Source: Gammaproteobacteria bacterium (GTDB lineage Bacteria > Pseudomonadota > Gammaproteobacteria > UBA12402). Taken from it: a stretch of DNA of 64,000 nucleotides. Shown here piece by piece: positions 59,328 to 64,000 of the stretch. Made by a program: the position numbers and the translations under genes. The stretch lies in the NCBI GenBank assembly GCA_050123375.1, contig JASFHF010000004.1, forward strand, positions 5,116-69,115. The letters are read 5' to 3'. The notes under the pieces were generated by a model, which had not been told where the DNA came from, ran no database searches, and was given only the letters and a program-made list of their open reading frames with translations. Positions within the stretch are counted from its first letter, which is position 1. Every line of letters begins with the position of its first letter.

Positions 59328-60935
59328 TTGTATGTTCGTTACTTGAAATGGGATAAGTATATGTTAAGTATATCAAACAATAACAAGTGTTATTATTGGC
59401 TGTTAACAATTTTGTGTGTGTTTGTTATCGGTATTATAGTGCAGGTAAACACGATGTTAAATTTTGATGTGAGCTGGCTGATGAAGGCTGCGAATCAATT
59501 ATTGAGCGGCAGACATTATTATGTTGATTTTATCGAAACTAATCCGCCGTTGATTTTATATGTATATATGCCGGCTATTATCATATCTAAGATGATGCAT
59601 TTAAGTTATGCAGTTGCTTTTAAAATTTATACTTTTGTAGTGCTTGCCGGCGTAATTTTTTTGTGTAATATTTTGATGCGAGGTATTTTTGATCGCAACA
59701 ATCAAAATATTCGTTATGGTTTATTGATTGCAATAACATTTGCTTTGACATTAATGCCTGGTTATTCATTTGGTGAACGTGAACATTTTGCAATAATGTT
59801 AACTTTGCCATATTTATTTTTATTGGATTTGCGTTTAGCAGATAAAATTTTAAATTATTATTTGGTTATTTTGATTGGAATTATTGCTGGAATTGGTTTT
59901 GCGATCAAGCCGTATTTTTTATTTGTTTTAATTGCGTGTGAGTTATATTTTATTTATAAAAAACGTAATTTGTTCGCTTGTTTTCGTTTGGAAACAATTG
60001 TTATTGCGTTGGTTATTTTGTTGTATGTGGTATCGCTTTTTTTATTGACTCCTAATTATCTTTTTAAAGTTTGGCCGCTAGTTTATCATTTATATTTTGT
60101 TGCAGCAAAAGAGCCGTTTGGCGCTATGTTGGCTCAGTTGGCGATTGTGTTTTGGTTGGTGGCATTAGGTTTTTATTGTTTTTTATATGAAAAAATTCGA
60201 TATAAAAATTTAGCTGAAATATTATTGTTTGCTTCGGTAGGATATTTAGCTGCTTATTTTGTCCAGCATACTACTTGGTATTATCATCTGCTGCCGGCAC
60301 AAGTCATTGTAACTATTTTAGTGGTGTTATTTTTGTGTGAAAGATTGTTTGATTTAATTGAAAATTATCAGGCAGGTGTTAGTTGGCGCAGCATTGTGTT
60401 GCTTATATTGCTGCAATTATCGTTGCTGATTTTTCCGGTTATGTCCACAGTCAGGCGTATTGCAATGGGAACGATATCAAATAAGCATATACAAACTAAT
60501 AAATTATTTGTGTATGCCAGGCAGCACATGTATAAACAAAAAATTTATATTTTTGCTTTACAAATCCCGATGATTTCATATTTGTTGGATGATGCGCAGG
60601 CTACTTCTGCATCACGTTTTCCTAGTCAATTATTCATGCCTGGTTTAGTTTTTTTATCTAATCAGACTGATTTGCATGTTGCACAAAAAGATCGATTACA
60701 GAAACAAAAGCAAGAAATAATTAATATTGTTGTAGCTGATTTACAAAAACATCAGCCAAAATATATTTTGGTTGATATGCGTAAACGGAATTTGTATCCT
60801 AATAAGCATCAGTTTGATTACATCAGGTTTTTTTCGCAAGATCCGCGTTTTCATAAATTTTTTAAGAATTATAAATATCTAACTACTTTAGAGCATTTTG
60901 ATATTTATAGTTCTAAAAGTAATTGTAAATTCTAA
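59328..60935 (+). CDS. polytopic membrane protein, paralog 2 of tandem pair
   Basis: 535 aa; YYVDFIETNPPLILY, FGEREHFAIMLTLPYLFL, FFSQDPRFHKFF; the start may be at a downstream Met (MLSISNNN). Confidence 0.55.
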   Translation: MYVRYLKWDKYMLSISNNNKCYYWLLTILCVFVIGIIVQVNTMLNFDVSWLMKAANQLLSGRHYYVDFIETNPPLILYVYMPAIIISKMMHLSYAVAFKIYTFVVLAGVIFLCNILMRGIFDRNNQNIRYGLLIAITFALTLMPGYSFGEREHFAIMLTLPYLFLLDLRLADKILNYYLVILIGIIAGIGFAIKPYFLFVLIACELYFIYKKRNLFACFRLETIVIALVILLYVVSLFLLTPNYLFKVWPLVYHLYFVAAKEPFGAMLAQLAIVFWLVALGFYCFLYEKIRYKNLAEILLFASVGYLAAYFVQHTTWYYHLLPAQVIVTILVVLFLCERLFDLIENYQAGVSWRSIVLLILLQLSLLIFPVMSTVRRIAMGTISNKHIQTNKLFVYARQHMYKQKIYIFALQIPMISYLLDDAQATSASRFPSQLFMPGLVFLSNQTDLHVAQKDRLQKQKQEIINIVVADLQKHQPKYILVDMRKRNLYPNKHQFDYIRFFSQDPRFHKFFKNYKYLTTLEHFDIYSSKSNCKF

Positions 60936-61122
60936 GTTTTTTGTAACTGTTGTATAGTAAATAAACAATAGTATATTGATTTAGTGTTGTAAAATACACA
61001 GATGCTTAATGAAAATTATTAAATGTAGACTTTTTTACAATTTTTATTGATTTTTTAAAAGTTTTGGAAGTAAAATCTACTGCAAGTAATGCAAAAGCTA
61101 AAATTAATATGAGGATATAATC

Positions 61123-61581
61123 GTGTTTAACTGGATAAAAACAAAAGTGAAGGAGATAAATAACAAAGTGAAAAAGCTAATTTATGGCAAAGATAAGCCT
61201 TGTTATGCAGAACGGGAAGATCTTACTTCTATAATAGCAATATGTGAATCGCTTTGTTTGATGGTAGGTGCATGTTTTAAGATCAGATCTTATGAGTCTC
61301 CGTATCAAAATAATTCTATGGTTAATTCTGTACTGCAACTGGGAGGTTGTATGTTTGCAGGGTTAGTTTTAGGGGTAATGTCATTTGAAATAAAGAGATA
61401 TTCAAAAGATTTAGATATTTCAAAAAAGGAATGTCGTGAAGAAAGGTATGAACCCTCCAGAAAAAAAACAAGAGAAATTTTTTTTAAAGTACATAAACAG
61501 GATGAACAGATTTTTAAAGTACATAAACAGGATGAACAGATTAAAGATAATCATAAAGAATTCATTATGTCTCCAAAATAA
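61123..61581 (+). CDS. hypothetical protein with internal 10-aa tandem duplication (FKVHKQDEQI x2)
   Basis: GTG start with GAGGA RBS, one hydrophobic segment, 30-bp perfect tandem duplication at 61486-61545. Confidence 0.35.
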   Translation: MFNWIKTKVKEINNKVKKLIYGKDKPCYAEREDLTSIIAICESLCLMVGACFKIRSYESPYQNNSMVNSVLQLGGCMFAGLVLGVMSFEIKRYSKDLDISKKECREERYEPSRKKTREIFFKVHKQDEQIFKVHKQDEQIKDNHKEFIMSPK

Positions 61582-61837
61582 ATATGTAGCATATAAATCA
61601 TTGGTAAAATCTAAATAATAATGCTATGCTTTCCCGTATGAATTATTATAGCAGGTACAACTCATTGAAAATATTGGATATTGTTTTTTTCGGGTTTGCT
61701 TGTGTTGTTCGTTTTTTTGCCTCTTGTTGTTGTATCATCCTGTTCTGATGGCTATACCTTTTGGTTTTGCGGCGTTGGAGCAGGTAAAAAATCCGCGAAA
61801 TCAATTAAAAATTTTTTATTAATTACAAATTTAGTCG

Positions 61838-61897
61838 GGACGTGTGCTTCACATAATTACAAGTGCGCAGCTTTGTAATTATGTGAAGCACCGTCCC
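61838..61897. repeat. Intergenic hairpin (REP/MITE-like) element
   Basis: GGGACGTGTGCTTCACATAATTACAAG-TGCGCAGC-TTTGTAATTATGTGAAGCACCGTCCC. Confidence 0.7.
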
Positions 61898-61933
61898 TCA
61901 AAAGAATTATATAAGAACATCGGAGCAAAACAC

Positions 61934-63172
61934 ATGAGTTCTGTGAAAGTTAACAGTTCGAAGGCAATATTTCTTTATATATTGGTGGTTTTGTTTTTGA
62001 TATTTGAGATGGGGGTGCAAGTTTCTCCTAGTGTGATGGCAAGTCAGTTAATGCGTGATTTGAATATTGGAACACTAGGTTTAGGAGTAATGTCCGGATT
62101 TTATTTTTATACTTATGCCATTATGCAGGTTCCTTCAGGATTGTTACATGATAGGTTTAGTCCAAGGATAATTATTGTTATCTCAATTATGGTTTGTGCG
62201 ATTGGTTCATTGATGTTTGGGTTATCACAAAATATTTTTATTGGAAGTTTAGCGCGATTATTGATGGGTGGTGGTTCGGCTTTTGCTTTTGTGTCAGTAT
62301 TAGTTATTATTTTTGATTTATTTCAATCAAAATATTTTGCTTTTCTTACAGGGATTACTCAAATGCTTGCGGCTTTTGGAGCTATTTTAGGACAAACTCC
62401 ATTAAGTAAATTGGTGGAATTCATTGGTTGGCGTAATACTATGTTTGTACTTGCTGCAATTGGTTTTATTCTTGCGTTTGTAACTTTTAGTTTTATTAAA
62501 TATAAAAGAAACGCAAGTTCAAGTACTCTTGCAGTCAATAGCTTTAATCTAACCAATAGTTTCAAAATTATTTTATCTAATCAGCAAACTTGGTATATAG
62601 CATTGTATGCGTTTTTGCTTTGGGTACCGATGTCTGGTTTTGCATCATTATGGGGCGTTCCTTACTTAGAGAAAGTTTATAAATTAAATCATGCTGCGGC
62701 GTCTGGTGTATGTTCTTTAATGTGGTTTGGTTTGGCATTATTTAGTCCGATTTTAGGCTGGTTATCAACTTTAATTGGTAGAAGAACAATACCATTGGTT
62801 TTTTCTGCATTTTTAGGAAGTGTTGCTTTTGTTGTTGTGATTCTTTTTTCTAATTTGCCTGGGTGGTTGTTAGGTATAGTGTTATTTTTAGCTGGTGCGG
62901 GATGTGCTGGTCAGGCGCTTAGTTTTAGTGTGGTGAAAGAAAACAATTTAAGATATATGCGGGCAACGGCTATTGGTGTTAATAATATGGCGATGGTTAT
63001 TTCGGGCGCTATAGTTCAGCCTTTAATGGGGAAATTATTACAATTTCATGTTTCATTTATGTCTTCATTTAAATTAAGCATGTTGATAATTTTATTTAGT
63101 TATATTGCTGCAGTGCTAGTGTCATGGCTAAAAATAAATGAGACATATTGTTTGGATGTTACAAAGAATTAA
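61934..63172 (+). CDS. MFS-family transporter
   Basis: 12 TM, MFS motif-A-like GLLHDRFSPRI; start chosen at MSSVKV with GGAG RBS (the tracked ORF begins inside the hairpin element). Confidence 0.7.
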   Translation: MSSVKVNSSKAIFLYILVVLFLIFEMGVQVSPSVMASQLMRDLNIGTLGLGVMSGFYFYTYAIMQVPSGLLHDRFSPRIIIVISIMVCAIGSLMFGLSQNIFIGSLARLLMGGGSAFAFVSVLVIIFDLFQSKYFAFLTGITQMLAAFGAILGQTPLSKLVEFIGWRNTMFVLAAIGFILAFVTFSFIKYKRNASSSTLAVNSFNLTNSFKIILSNQQTWYIALYAFLLWVPMSGFASLWGVPYLEKVYKLNHAAASGVCSLMWFGLALFSPILGWLSTLIGRRTIPLVFSAFLGSVAFVVVILFSNLPGWLLGIVLFLAGAGCAGQALSFSVVKENNLRYMRATAIGVNNMAMVISGAIVQPLMGKLLQFHVSFMSSFKLSMLIILFSYIAAVLVSWLKINETYCLDVTKN

Positions 63173-63594
63173 GTATTAGCTTCATCATCTTGCATTTCTA
63201 AAAATTCTGTGTCAAAGGAATCTGGCAGAAGTTCTGCAATGGTTCTAATTTTGCAGTCACCAGTACGATTGAACATATAAACTTTCATATCTGGATCAGC
63301 TAATTCTCCCATTACTTGTCGGCACCCACCGCAAGGTGCAATAATTTTGTCGCAATTTGCCACGATTACTATTGCTTTAATTTTTTTAGCGCCGCTAGCT
63401 ACCATGGTGCCGATGGCATTACGTTCAGCACAGATTGTCAATCCATAACATACATTTTCAACGTTGCAGCCGCTATAATAGTTGCCATCACTTCCTAGTA
63501 TACATGCTCCAACATAAAAATTTGAATAAACTGCGTAAGCATTTTTCATGGCTTTTAAAGCTTTATCGCGCATTTGGTGTGTGTTGATGTCCAT
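63169..63594 (-). CDS. cdd: cytidine deaminase
   Basis: CAERNA zinc-binding motif and PCGGCRQ; 141 aa. Confidence 0.85.
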   Translation of the reverse strand: MDINTHQMRDKALKAMKNAYAVYSNFYVGACILGSDGNYYSGCNVENVCYGLTICAERNAIGTMVASGAKKIKAIVIVANCDKIIAPCGGCRQVMGELADPDMKVYMFNRTGDCKIRTIAELLPDSFDTEFLEMQDDEANT

Positions 63595-63678
63595 GTTAGA
63601 TTCCTCTTTTTTGATTAATGCATTTATTGGAATAAATCCAGGATAATTTTTATTAAAAAATAGTTATAAATATGATGA

Positions 63679-64000
63679 TTATTTGTAAAGATGTTCATAT
63701 ATATGTTGTGCAATTTCATCAGGTTTGCATTTAGTATAATCTTTTGGGATATGTACAAATTCGGTTACATGTTTATCCAAATGTTTTTGCATGCGGCCAT
63801 AAAATTTTGGTGGAGCAATGATAATTAATTTTTCATAATTATTATGCATACGATTTAGGTTAAGTTCTTCACATAATTGAATTGCAAAATATTCTGCTTG
63901 AGTCTCTTTTGGATTGCTTTTTTCATAAGCGCTGCGAGCGCTATGATTGGTTTGATAATGTCCTGGTCGATCTGAAATTAAATCCAAGCCTTTTCCGCGG
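63679..64000 (-). CDS. host-attachment-protein-family protein (Caulobacter-type), N-terminus beyond window end
   Basis: DRPGHYQ...ETQAEYFAIQLCEELN...LIIIAPPKFYGRMQKHL pattern; reading frame remains open upstream of the tracked Met to the window edge. Confidence 0.4.
   Translation of the reverse strand, partial: RGKGLDLISDRPGHYQTNHSARSAYEKSNPKETQAEYFAIQLCEELNLNRMHNNYEKLIIIAPPKFYGRMQKHLDKHVTEFVHIPKDYTKCKPDEIAQHIYEHLYK

Noticed and set aside
61681-61878. 65-aa ORF (MFFSGLLVLFVFLPLVVVSS...) upstream of the MFS transporter
   Set aside because: Its 3' part is the hairpin element; no RBS; low confidence, not annotated.

Overview
AT-rich (roughly 35-40% GC by eye) gamma-proteobacterial chromosome segment with a Legionellales-like flavour: a eukaryotic-type U-box/vWA protein, a PmrA-box-like direct repeat, and GnnA/GnnB-like genes next to lpxB. 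Order along the window: a 3'-partial Arch_ATPase-type gene (-); mutM; a 3.5-kb insert carrying a 1066-aa vWA + U-box E3-ligase-like protein, flanked by ~50-bp direct repeats of the mutM 3' end; copA (-) with a RelE/Phd pair directly upstream. Next comes a ~11-kb hydrogenase island: a six-gene Ech-type group 4 [NiFe] hydrogenase, hypA and hypB, a four-subunit group 3b-like cytoplasmic hydrogenase (hydBGDA order), a maturation protease, and a HupE/UreJ Ni transporter. After it, a ~220-bp GC-rich island, then a small accessory islet with a 480-aa repeat protein carrying a papain-like Cys/His C-terminal domain, a small CCC-tailed membrane protein, and an HTH-XRE/Panacea(DUF4065) antitoxin with a RelE/YafQ-like toxin flanked by ~60-bp duplications of the 3' end of the adjacent gshA-like gene. 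Then ctpA, an envC-like M23 gene, gpmI, and a MATE pump. The dcw cluster (mraZ-rsmH-ftsL-ftsI-[hipA+HTH insert]-murE-[murF absent]-mraY-murD-ftsW-[murG absent]) is on the minus strand, followed by rnhB; a DegT aminotransferase, Gfo/Idh/MocA oxidoreductase and lpxB (GlcN3N lipid A pathway candidates); a POT transporter, rsfS, rlmH, comF; a frameshift-split beta-propeller-like ORF; nusB, glyA; a large unknown membrane protein; lpoA-yraN-diaA-dolP; two tandem paralogous 12+TM membrane proteins; a hypothetical; an MFS transporter; cdd; and a 5'-partial host-attachment-family gene. A family of at least eight ~60-70-bp intergenic hairpin (REP/MITE-like) elements with covarying stems is scattered through the window. 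No rRNA, tRNA, CRISPR or transposase genes were recognised.
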